From Amoeboaphelidium protococcarum X5 (taxonomy: Eukaryota; Fungi; Aphelidiomycota): a stretch of 64,000 nucleotides of DNA. Positions 12,137 through 28,488 of the stretch are shown one piece after another. The stretch lies in contig JALDTO010000266.1 in NCBI GenBank assembly GCA_023515725.1, positions 1,881,608 through 1,945,607 on the forward strand. Reading direction: 5' to 3'. The position numbers were made by a program, and so were the translations under genes. How positions within the stretch are numbered: the stretch's first letter is position 1; every line of letters starts with the position of its first letter. The notes under the pieces are model-generated. The model saw only the letters and a program-made list of their open reading frames with translations. It was not told the origin of the DNA and did not search any database.

Positions 12137-13227
12137 ATGAAGACATTTACGGTACATAAATGTTCCTAGTAAGGCGCTGATATTGAACAGGAAGGAAAAG
12201 GCCAAGAGGAATACTGTATGGGCATTGATGAGGCAGGCAAGTGCGTCCATTACGAGATCGTATCATTCATATCCACGATTTACTATACCTTTTTGTTTGA
12301 GCATTGTAGGGAGAGGTCCAGTTCTAGGACCAATGGTTTATGCTGTGGCTTACTGTAAACTTTCTGACAGATAGAAGTTGAATGATGTTGGGTTTGATGA
12401 TAGTAAAAAGTTGTCGGAGCAGAAGAGAGATGAAATGTTTCAGAACATAAGCGAGAGCGACTGGTTGAAGTACTCTTGCACCGTACTAAGTCCTCAGGAT
12501 ATCTCTAATAAAATGTTGCGACGAACAAAGTATAATCTTAATCAACTCAGTTTTGATACTGCAATTGATTTAGTACGTCATGCTTTGAGCAGTGGTTATA
12601 ACATTACCGAGGTAGGATAGTTTTTGAATTTAAATGTCAGAATCGATCATTGATTAACTTTCCTTCATAAAAGTGTAGCTGTATGTTGATACAGTAGGGA
12701 GTCCGTAGAAATATACAGAACTATTGCGCAAGACATTCCCATCAATTGACAAGATTTGCGTTGAGAGTAAGGCTGATGCAAAGTACGCGATTGTGAGTGC
12801 TGCATCGATCTGTGCCAAAGTGACGCGCGATGCTCAACTGAAACAGTGGAAGTTTCGCGAAATTGGTTTCACCAGTGCCGGTGAGATGGGCTGTGGTTAC
12901 CCGTCTGATCCCATCACTAAACAATGGCTCAGGGATAATTTTGATCCTGTATTTGGATTTCCGTCTCTTATCAGGTTTAGTTGGGCGACATGTTATAACT
13001 ACATCAATGATAATGGTGTTGCAGTATTTTGGCCATTGGAGGAACAGGATCAGGAAAATCAAGCCGTGGCAGCTGGCAAGAAGAGAAAACGACCATCATA
13101 ATAGACTCTCGTCAAGATGGATCAAGCAGTTAATACTTCTACTGCTACCGTTAAAGATGATACAAAAATGAAGTCTGCTTTTATGCAATCAATCAAGGCA
13201 AATCTATTGCAAGAGTTCAAACTGTGA
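12137..13227 (+). CDS. RNASEH2A: Ribonuclease H2 subunit A; introns 12237-12309 (GC-AG) and ~12612-12678
   Basis: GIDEAGRGPVLGPM after splicing, DSKKLSE, YVDTVG, KADAKYAIVSAASICAKV, GCGYPSDP, RFSWAT. Confidence 0.95.
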
Positions 13228-13283
13228 TGTAAATGATGACTATTACTAATATGTACAAATATTGGGTGTAATAATATTCTACA

Positions 13284-14390
13284 TCAATTTCCTAAACCTC
13301 TTCCTCTACCCCTCATAGTGGCGGCAATGGGTTCCTTAATTCCGTTCGATCCCTCATTACCCAGGGATTAACCAGTCGACCACCCCATTTTGGTGAGTAA
13401 CTGATGACCAACATTCGTGCTAGCTAACGGCTGAGCGTTCTACCCAACAACTTTACCGTGTTGAGTCTTTATAGCATCACCATCATCTTTGGACTTTCTA
13501 CCAGACGGCTTGGATCCATTACTGGTAGACTATCTCTTTCCAGCTTTCTGCCTAACAATCTTCTATTATTATGCACTTTTAGACTTTCGTCTTTGCTATT
13601 ATTACATATATTGATTAGATTTCGACTTCTAATGACCACCAGGCTTTCTACCAGCTTTCCTCATAGCCTTCTTGCTTAGTCTCAAAGCCTTCTCAAAATT
13701 TGCATCATCATCAAAACTGTCATAATCGAGATGATAAACGTCCCGCTAACGTCTTTACTTTTGAGCAGATGTATTCTGTTCACCTTTCATCTGCATACAA
13801 AGTTTGTTAATATGACCAACATCATGAGAGAAGAGTTCAGATTTTAGCAAATGAAGTGCGCCGTCATACTTGGAGCAGATTGAAATCTCTTTCAAATCCA
13901 TAACCAAATCAATCAGCTTACTCCTAATGCGCTTATTCAAACTCTCAGCTTGCACAATGAATAGGCTTTAATTATCATCCAATAGATATCGCTCAACTTC
14001 CGCCATGACTATATCCATCTTACGTCTATCATTATTCTTCTTATCGGAGGTGGATGAAATCATATTGGCATCTAAAGGTATAAAGTCAGCATCAGAACCA
14101 TTTAGAACGTTTTGCATATAATCAGCCAGAGCTTCATCATCTATAGCATCGCCGTCCATACCACTATCGTCGTCATCATCATCATCATCATCCTCTGTAT
14201 CGTCAAAATAATCCCCTTCATATGAGCCACTATCTTGACTATCTTGCAAATCTGAATCGTCATCGTCGTCAAATGCAAGCTCCTATTCCATCTAAATCTT
14301 AAATTCCTTCTTCATATTTCTATCCAAATATCGACTAATGTATGGAATATCCACCGTCTCTGTAATATCTTCAGCGTATTCCAATTCCAT
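13284..14390 (-). CDS. G-patch domain protein, Sqs1/Pfa1-like
   Basis: Acidic N-terminus with ALADYMQNV; C-terminal G-patch VVGQNAQPLASTNVGHQLLTKMGWSTGQSLG...GIKEPI..TMRGRGRGLG. Confidence 0.75.
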
Positions 14391-14725
14391 ATCGTCCAAG
14401 TTTTTAATGCAATACTAATAGAAGTGATCTAATGAGAAGACTAAAAGAAGAAGAACCGTTCTCTTTTACACACGTTCTCCACTGAACAAAAGAGACGCAC
14501 ACACACACACACCTCACTCAGAGAAGAGAGAGAGAAACACTTGAAAGAACAAACTGGCTCAAGTGATCGCTCGGCATTGAAACGGACGACGACGCGAATC
14601 GGAAGGAGCCAAGTCGCGTCTGTCTCAGTTGGACGCTCCACCTTTTCCTTCTCTATTTCCAAGGCTTATTGTATTCTTCACGACTAGTACATTACAAGTT
14701 TAGCTTATAAGTGAAACATCATAGA

Positions 14726-19490
<4,765 letters not shown>

Positions 19491-19671
19491 ATTTATTAAA
19501 ATGAATATACAGATTACATACCACCAAATATTAAATCGCTTAGACGCTTTCAGTTGTTAATAGTTCTCGCTCATTGTTCGGCATTGATCTGATCGATTTT
19601 CATTTTCCGCGTTAAATTAACATTCTTTTACTCGCTAATTCCCAAAACTTTAACATCAAAAGTATAGAATT

Positions 19672-20919
19672 ATGTCGTAGGAAAATCATTTGGAGACTAT
19701 TGCAAAAAGCGTGGAGCACATGAAAGTGTCCAGTAGTTAGCCTGTGAATAATGCTGCAGATGGTATGTCTTTTGAAGAGAAGATGGACTTGATCACTCGC
19801 AATCTCCAGGAAGTGCTGGGCCGCGATCAAATCGAGTCTGTGGTCAAGGAACGTTCGCTGAAGATGTACTGGGGCACAGCTACTACGGGAAAGCCTCATA
19901 TTGGATATTTGGTACCTCTGAGTAAACTCGCTGACTTTCTACATGCTGGCTGTGTGGTCAAGATTTTGCTGGCCGATCTGCACGCGTATCTGGATAATTA
20001 GAAGGCACCATGGGAGTTGCTCACCTATAGAATCAAGTATTATCGCGCCCTGATTGAAAAGACTTTATTAGCTCTTGGTGTACCTATTGATCAGTTGCAA
20101 TTTGTGGTAGGAACCTCGTTTTAGCTGAATGAGAAGTACACGCTGGATAGTTATCGATTGGCATCAGTTGTGACTGAGCATGACGCGCGTAAAGCTGGTT
20201 CTGAGGTGGTGAAGAATGTCGAACATCCGCTTCTTAGTGGCCTCATTTATCCCGGATTGCAAGCACTTGATGAAGAGTATCTGGATGTCGATGCCCAGTT
20301 TGGAGGCACTGATCAGCGAAAGATCTTCACCTATGCCGAGAAGTATCTACCCGTGCTGGGATACAAGAAGCGAGCGCATCTGATGAACTTTATGGTCCCC
20401 GGACTGATGGGCTCCAAGATGAGTTCATCTGATGTTGATAGCAAGATTGACTTACTGGATGATGCCAAGACGGTGGAAAAGAAGATCAAGAAGGCGTTCT
20501 GTGAGGAGGGTAATGTCGAAGATAATGGTCTGCTTTCATTTGCCAAGTTTGTGCTATTCCCACTGTACTCTCTGCAGAAGAAGACTGAGGGTCTGGTTAT
20601 TACGAGAAAGGCTGAATGGGGAGGTGATTTACAATTTGGCACGTATCAGGAGCTTCATGATCAGTTTTCCAGCAAGTAACTGCACCCGGCTGATTTGAAG
20701 AAGGGTATCGCTGATGCTATCAATAGCCTTCTGACTCCAATACGCGAAATGTGGAATGCTGATCCTGAGCTGGTGAAGCTGACCGAGTTGGCTTATCCTC
20801 CGCCTCCACCACCTGTTAAGGCTGAGAAGGTATCCAAAAAACAGCAGAAGAAGTAACAGTCAGCATAAAAGGCTTCTGTGCAACAATCAGACGCGTCCAC
20901 CCAGTAGGACGCTGCTTGA
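19672..20919 (+). CDS. TYS1: Cytosolic tyrosyl-tRNA synthetase
   Basis: [60 protein letters not shown]. Confidence 0.97.
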
Positions 20920-21821
20920 TGTAAACTAATATAGTCAGGATTTCTAATGACTGCTCTGCTTCCTTTATTATATCTTAGAGTTACTCTTTGAAGCACAGTG
21001 TTATACGCCCTACCAGAGTGCTTTGGATCTGATAATCTCCATCTGAGTATTCAACGCATTAATTGTATAACAACACTTGTATCGTAACAATGAAATACTA
21101 AACTAAGCGAGAAATGTGCACACTGAGATAGACAAGCGTTCGAACATATTGTTCCATTATTATTAAGTCAAAGACACGCATCTTAGGACGGAGTATATAG
21201 GTTGCCGCAGACTTGAGAATTTTAATCACGCTATCGATCAAGCCCCTTAATGAGCTACAGACAGACAGGACGTGTTGAGATTGAGAGATGTCGCCTCCAT
21301 CGGACCAACCTCCCCCATTTTCTCTCCGCTCCGAGAAACTAGTATAAACATCTCTTAGAAGAGAAGCTCCATTCGATTGCACAAAGACATACATACAACG
21401 TAATCAAATACGCACAGTTTATTTTTATCCCTACTACTGACTGGTACTACACTTGTTGATCGTGTCTGCCACTGAATACACTAGCATTGTTATTTTATCA
21501 ATTATCGTTGGCATCTGATAGGAGTTTATTTGTACACCATCTCCTGCAATCTACCCATTAAAATATTAAGAAGAAGAGATTCCTGTTTGTTGATCAAGAT
21601 TTTGTGCATCTCAGTCTTATTGGCATATTTTTAAATTGCACAAGTATTTAGCATCTATTACTATAGAACTCTGCTGGTATTACATATTTATACATTGACT
21701 CTCTCTCTATTCACCGGAACTAGATTATCTCCCCGGGTTTAGATTGTCTTATTATACATATTTTATACCATCTACTCCACTTATACATAGTTATATATTA
21801 CACAAAGTAGATTAACTGAAG

Positions 21822-22733
21822 ATGCCTACCACTAGAAGTGGGAAACAGAGTAATGGTGACCCTCCTAAGGATGCTCCGCTGAGTAAAAAGAAGAAGACTG
21901 CTGAGATTGTAGATCTTGACCATAAATCGACTAATTATTTCCTATTTACAGACATGACACCGAATAGCTCTGTGCTGTGGGTAAGTCCATCGGTCACTGA
22001 TCTGACTGGATTCACCCAAGAGGAGATGATTGGGAAGAGTTCATATGCCTTCTTCCATCCGGATGAGATTGAGGCTATACAGCGAAATCATGTAGTCAAT
22101 CTATCAGAGTCTGTCATAGCGCGTATAATGACCGTTCGCTTTCTGAACAAGAATCCAGATGGGCAGCTATTTTATCGTAAAATGGACTTTCTCATAAATA
22201 CATGCTATGACTGCTGTGTAGTTATTGGTGCACACCATGAGTTTAATGCCAACAGTATATCGTTTCGGTAATCGGCAGAGGATATTGTCAAAATTGGCCC
22301 GCAGGGATTGATTGAGGTTGAGAACTGGTCCACTAGGAAGACTGTGATTATGTAGATGCTTTCTGACACTCTGACGTGGGAAAACCAAGCGGATTCTTTA
22401 AAAGAGCCTCGTGTCTGCCTCATACTGAATAGATACACGTACAAGGGTACAATAATGTTTGCTAGCATGGGATCACAGGAAGTGCTGGAACACTCTGACT
22501 AGGAGCTGATCGGATAGAGTTTCTTTGACTTTATTCTAAACACTCCGAGTGATGAATTTCATGGTATCAGTACACTGGAACGTGTGAGACATGATGTGGA
22601 TTACGTGAAGAGTTGTTACAACGTGCATCATTTGAGTTTTGATTGGCAGTCTTCCCCCTCTGCTGTGCATTGTGAAGCTGTTATGACTGCCACCTGGGAT
22701 GGCATAGTCTGTGTTATAAGGCGCAAGACGTGA
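21822..22733 (+). CDS. Tandem PAS-domain protein of unknown function
   Basis: WVSPSVTDLTGFTQEEMIGKSSYAFFHPDE; EPRVCLILNRYT...IMFAS; ELIGQSFFDFI; TGA at 22731. Confidence 0.8.
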
Positions 22734-22809
22734 TTTTTTGTTGGATAAAGAGTAATCGCAAAATCACTTTAAATAGAACATACTGTAACTATTCATACTG
22801 ATATTTGAT

Positions 22810-22900
22810 TTACTGTATTTTTCACAAATTGAAGCGATTTAGGGACAGCAACGGATTTTCACCGCCGATCAGACTGTTGCGCGCGTAGCCTGGACTGATC
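22810..22900 (-). ncRNA. Candidate Fanzor omegaRNA (scaffold plus flanking guide)
   Basis: GC-rich segment directly after the stop, with stems GATCAG..CTGATC and GGCGG-TGAAAAT-CCGTT, ending ...ATCGCTTCAA before AT-rich flank; position matches TnpB/Fanzor omegaRNAs. Confidence 0.5.
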
Positions 22901-25142
22901 ATTATTGAGGGCGAGGAGGATCGTATCGAAATGGAACCGGCCTTTCACCACCGCCACGATTTCTTGCCAGAAAGATGTAGCGAATGTTTCGTGCCGCATT
23001 CACATCACGGTGCCAGATAGCTAAGCAATTGTTATTTGGATAATGCTTAATTCTCCATATTCGTGATTGAACAAGCTCACACTCACAATTGCTACAGCTT
23101 TGACTGGTTCGATACTCAGGGACCAAGCGGACTCTGCAGCGTTTCTTCGGATCATAAAACAACCGCTTGTTAGGAGTCGCAGGATATCCAGGAGAAGCAG
23201 TGTCAAAGTTGCCAGCGCCATATGCAATGATGGTGTTATGGTCAAACTAACCATCTTGGCGGAGAGTTAACATACGCGCCAAATTGTCATAGGCCCTTTG
23301 ACGCTTGGAGAATAGCTTGCTCCTCAGCTTTCGCCACATCTCAGGACGGTAGAAGCCAGTGAACGCATCTTTATGTTGCAGTACATACTGCAAATGTTAG
23401 ATGATTCCCAGAAACGATGTTGATTTTGCGGAATGAATGTGGGTCATGGCATTAACGACCTCTGGAGCTATTTCATTCCATTCAGCCTTCTTCTTTTCAC
23501 CAAACTTTTCTCCGTTATCTTCACGCCATCTGGCAGTCGTGTACACCAGCTCATGCTTTCCATTTGCAAACGGCGTTTGCTCGGTTGGAACATCTGGGAT
23601 TCGGTCATCAGGACTATATGAAGCAGCCAGAAGCACGCCACGATTGACTTCAATCCCGATAACGCGGGTCTCATTGTTTACATCCAGCTCTTGATATCCG
23701 GTACCATCGAAAGCGAACCCGTAGCGGCTAGCAGGAGGGGCAGGATAGGCAGGACGTAAAACGGAAGCAGAACAGCCAACACCATCGGATTTTATGGAGT
23801 AGCCAAAACGCCTTCTCTGATTTCCAGTGGTGGAGACCTTGTTTAATTTGAAACAATGTGACCACAAAGCTGGAGCATTCATCTAACGGACATCTGGCAG
23901 ATTAGCAGCAACACAAATCTCCTTCAGTACATTGGAGGTGATCAGGATATGCTTCTGCGTAAATCCATTTAAAGGCAACAACGCGTAAGGGTTAAGGAGA
24001 GGATCTTCATTGTTCAGCAGATACTCCTCCTCATACATTTCATGGTTATTTTCAAATGTACGAAGGATACGCCACATGTATTTCAGATACAGATGCCAGT
24101 TGCTCTGAAGACTAGGCTTGTCCAATGGGAGATAGCAAAGGATGTACTAACGAGCGCGCGTCTCGTAATAGTCCAGGTAATATACCACCAATTCTCCGTT
24201 ACCACAATTATCAATGATTTCTGCAGGATAAGGAGGCATTTCTTCAATATCTTCAGGCGGATCATCTATCAAGGCCAAGACGTAAATAGCAAGAGTATTA
24301 ACATCATCTTCTTCCAAACAGAAGCCGAGATGCTTTCGAAACTTGTGGCGCAGCCATTGTTTCAGCCTTGATGGCAAATTTGTGCTTATATGTCTAGCGC
24401 AATCGTCATTGTGAGCTGAAGCCAAAGTAGTAACCATGTTCGAGTAGCCTCGCATATCACACCAAAACAAGTCAACGGGACGACGAGGAACATAGTGTGC
24501 TTCAATAAACTCGTTTAAAGCCGCCCAGTTGCAGGTATTACGATTAAACAGATCACGCCGCCTAGGGTTAGCAATCAAAGAGATGAAGAAGTTACGCATC
24601 TATCCATTTGCGCCAAAGCGGATGTCTGGCATTGGAGTGTCAGGATTGTATACCAAATGATTAAGCACGAAGGACAGAAGAAGTCTGCATGCTTCTACTT
24701 TGAGATCAGTACAACGCGAAACCAAATCGCTGATCTCTTGCTTTACTGCGTCAAGTTTGCAAAATACATTTAAACCGATAGGTACAGCTAATTAGGCTTC
24801 AGCCACAGGTATTCCCATATTGTCTTGTGGTTTGGCAGCATTTCGTGCACGAGGGACATAATTGGGGCACATTTTACTGGATGATCGCTTGTGATCGTCA
24901 CGACCACATGCTTTACAATGTACTTCTCGTTGACGTTTACGCGGCGGCAAGGCACCACCGATATCTGCTACCTCTATAGGGGGATCTGCCATTTCTGATT
25001 TCATTGCAGAAAAGAAGTGAAACCTGTCCGATTGTGCTTTTGTAGTCAAAACCCCAACTTAATGATTGGCAGAAAATGGCTCCGAAGAATCTCAAAATGG
25101 AGTCCCGCTTTGCCAAATCTAATTTTTAATCGCCAAGTTCAA
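22829..25142 (-). mobile_element. Putative non-autonomous Fanzor element; ends tentative
   Basis: Inverted terminal pentamers TTGAA (22829-22833) and TTCAA (25138-25142) with subterminal GCGATT/AATCGC and GGGAC/GTCCC; no transposase and no obvious TSD seen. Confidence 0.4.
22899..25004 (-). CDS. Fanzor1 (TnpB-derived RNA-guided endonuclease), ~701 aa, with an N-terminal CxxC-H-C zinc knuckle
   Basis: Five supplied ORF fragments share one frame and are joined only by TAR codons; FGYSIKSDGVGCS, RVIGIEVNRG (RuvC-I), IIAYGAGNF, PATPNKRL, VPEYRTSQSCSNC (RuvC-II plus Zn), WHRDVNAARNI (RuvC-III), ERPVPF. Confidence 0.9.
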
Positions 25143-25322
25143 GTAGTTACTATAAATAGGAGGAAGCAAGTTAACGTTAAGATCTTGACACAAGATATAG
25201 ACAGCCGCTTAAATGAGAAGTGATTAATGCGTCTATGGAACACCTGATGAAAATTATCATCGGTTGATTCTTAAACTTTACATTTTACTGTACAAAGTCC
25301 ATTGTATATTTCGCATTTTGAT

Positions 25323-25540
25323 GCGTCGGCTCACGCTTACTTACTAGTTTGTGGTATGTGCGCAATCATATTGGTACACATCGAGGCTGAATGTAGAGAG
25401 GTTTCATAGTAAAAAGGTCTTCTCATTATGGCCAACCTTCTATGTTGAATTGGGAAGCCAACGCAAGTTTAAACATGCTCCTGATTGAAGAGTATTTTGC
25501 AGGGAGTGAGACGCCCATATTGGAATTGTCGCGTTTGAAG
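25323..25540 (+). pseudogene. Possible degenerate 3' fragment of a second TnpB/Fanzor
   Basis: AY..VCGMC in one frame, then NWEANASLNMLLI..YFAGSETP..LSR in another, resembling NRDxNASLNML...RP..L.R. Confidence 0.3.
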
Positions 25541-25696
25541 GCGCACCTGACCTTTTCTGTGATTCGCTTAAAATGTGAAGAATATATTAATACTGTAGCA
25601 GGGAGCGGTTATACGTGCCGAGCTTTCGATGCTGAGAGGCGCGAACGCCTCCTCTAACTTTAAGATTTACGCGGAGGCTGCAGATTATCGCGTTAC

Positions 25697-25980
25697 CTTT
25701 AGCAGTCCATCCGAGTCAATAAACAAACCGTTTTGTATTTAGTGAACAAACAACAATTTAATGACCGGCGGTTTCTCTCCCTGAAGCAATTTGGTTGTCT
25801 GGGGAGAGAGAAGGCTTAGCGTACAACCTAGGAATGAGTCCACACAATATGAAGTGCTTAATATTTTGACGCTGAGTGCCGATGACTTAGAATACATTCG
25901 CTGGAACCACGATAAAGTCAACAAAAGAACCAGCGAAAACAGATAACTATAGAGAGGATCGGTCGGATTAACTGCTAAAG
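25697..25980. repeat. 18-bp inverted repeat pair bounding 284 bp (MITE-like)
   Basis: CTTTAGCAGTCCATCCGA (25697-25714) versus reverse complement of 25963-25980, CTTTAGCAGTTAATCCGA; 16/18 match. Confidence 0.45.
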
Positions 25981-26680
25981 TTTAGTGAATTCTGTTTAAA
26001 ATGAAAGGGAGTCTTTATACGCTAAATTATAAAATTATTGGCCTTAAATATTATCTGGCTGGTTTTAGAGGTGTAGACATTGCAAGCCTGCTTCAACTAT
26101 TATAAGTGGAACTTGTCGCTGTCTTTCACTACTCGTCAATGTCTACCTAATCAGTGTCGCTGCGATTAGTCACTTGGATGATTTTCTGAAGTCATCTATC
26201 AAATTCTCTCCCTGCGACTTGTGAGATTGAGTTTGTAGAATAGAAAGTTATAGATATCAATGGTAACGCTTGAATGATGATGTAAGTTAACAGTGTTGAC
26301 CTTCACTGGCTCAGCACATTATGGTGCTGTGCTGTGTTGTGTGCTTGGGCATGTGATTGTCTTGATTTCTGGCTCATAGCTGCGAGTGATGATTGTTTTA
26401 ATTACATGCCTGCGAAGTTGAGATACTTTCCCCCAGAGTGCCTCTATTCGCAGGTTGTACTGTACTGCCCTTATCGATCAGGCCTATGCTTTGGTTTGTG
26501 CGTTTTGTTTATGATGATGCTGTATTTAAATATTGCTGATACTAATTTAATTTAAATGCCCCTGAGCAAATAGATTCTATTTAACAAATCCAAAAGTCAA
26601 ATATAAATAACTCTTACTCTCTCTTTCATAATGTACAATTTGTGCAAATCTTTTTAATCAGATTATAAGAAAGCGATAAA

Positions 26681-28454
26681 TCAAAGACGATCTCTACGTT
26701 CTAATCTAGGCGTAAATTCTCTTTCACTATGACTGACATCAAAAGGTGATTCTGCTCTGTTAGATTTCTTGGATCCACTATTACCAGATCCATCATCGCC
26801 GCCATTACCGCCGCCGACGCTATCCATTTACACCATCTCCAAGTCCACATCAGAGCCATTATCCTCCCTAATCTCAAATGGGAGCGGAATTTCCTTGATG
26901 GCTCTAAACTGACCGCAGTTGTTCAAGTGCTCATTCTCCATACGGAAGAAATTCCACTGGAATCTTCTCAGAATTTCCATAAGAGCCAATGCATAAAGCA
27001 GTGCTCTAATGTCAATACTCTATCCCCAAAGACCGACAGATACCTGCCACACCCACGATATTCTGAGAAAGAAGTTGCTCACAATCGCAAAGTAGTACAC
27101 CCACTTTTGTTCATAAAATAAATCATTACGCAGGTACTTGTTCTTTGATCCCTTGGCAAAAAATCCCCAATCCATCAGAATATCCCAATTATAAGCGTAA
27201 CACGTAGTGAGGATGGTAGAAATGATCCATATAGTCAGAGTGGCTGTGGTCCTATTCTGATTGTAAATCATAGAGAGCCATCCAGTGAGCATGGCCACAA
27301 AATACTTGCCTCCATTGACGAGATGAGGGAACGCTAGACGGGTATCATACCAACGACGCAGACACTATAAAAATCTAATCCATGATGGAAGGAGATTGAT
27401 TGCCGGGGAGAATGTAGCTGCGCCAATATTACACACTTTGGCAGTATCGTTAAAATCATTAACGTAAACACAGACAAACAGTTATATACTAGATAGGAAA
27501 TAAACCATAGAACATAATTCATCAGCGATAAAAAAATCTCTATACTCCACAGCATACGTGGGGGACACCAGCAATCGGAATAGTGTCTACAACATCCATC
27601 TACGAGAAGTCCAATAAAACACAGGCACCGGAGTGACAAGAAGCACGACAACCACGCATAGAAATATCAGAGGATAGTACAACCTGATATCAAAGAAGGA
27701 TTCGAATGGATTCACAAAGGTGAGATAGACAAAATAACTCCACAGCATGAACAGGAAAGCCCCAAATTCGGTAAACTAATGATAGTCCAGATTGTCTCGA
27801 GGATCCAGTTCAAAAATGAATTTATAATTAATATTAGCCATTGTCCATCCATACTGATTAATAGCAAACAAGAACATGAATATAATTGGTATACTAAACC
27901 CGGCATAAATCTGAACAAGATCTGATGTCTCTGGAAATCTCTGGCGATACTCAAGATCAATCAGCTGCGCAAAAGTCCTCACCAACACAGGAATAGAAAG
28001 CCCAATGTAAAGACCAATCCTCCACATGGTGATATGATGAGTCTTCTACTTGTAATTAGGGAGCCGCAACTACTACCTAGCCTCCTTCTTATTACCACCT
28101 GCGAAAAACTTGAGAAATAACTACTCAGTCTGAGATAGAAATCCATCCACTACATTGGAAGTATGAAAGTATTTGGCATCGACTTTATGCATGTACAATA
28201 CTTGACTCTTCCACCCGGCAGTCTTGTCAAACTTTTTCAAAATCTTCACAAACCCAGTGTAATTCAGAATCTGGAAATTCTTCAACAATTCAAGATATCG
28301 ATAATACTCCATCAGAGCATTTCTTAACTAAGCTTTGGCATTTTTAGACGATTTAAAAGCGCGCTTATAATTCAAAGAGAAGGCACCAGAGCGAATAGTC
28401 ATCAGATTCTACTCTTCATCATCAGCTGCCGATTATGCACCTCCAGCTCCGCCT

Positions 28455-28488
<34 letters not shown>

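Noticed and set aside
22780-25292. TACTGTA words as Tc1/mariner termini around the Fanzor
   Set aside because: They occur in the same orientation on both sides rather than inverted
28459-28488. (TAT)n microsatellite / poly-Tyr ORF
   Set aside because: It encodes poly-Asn (AAT) within the SYG1 reading frame
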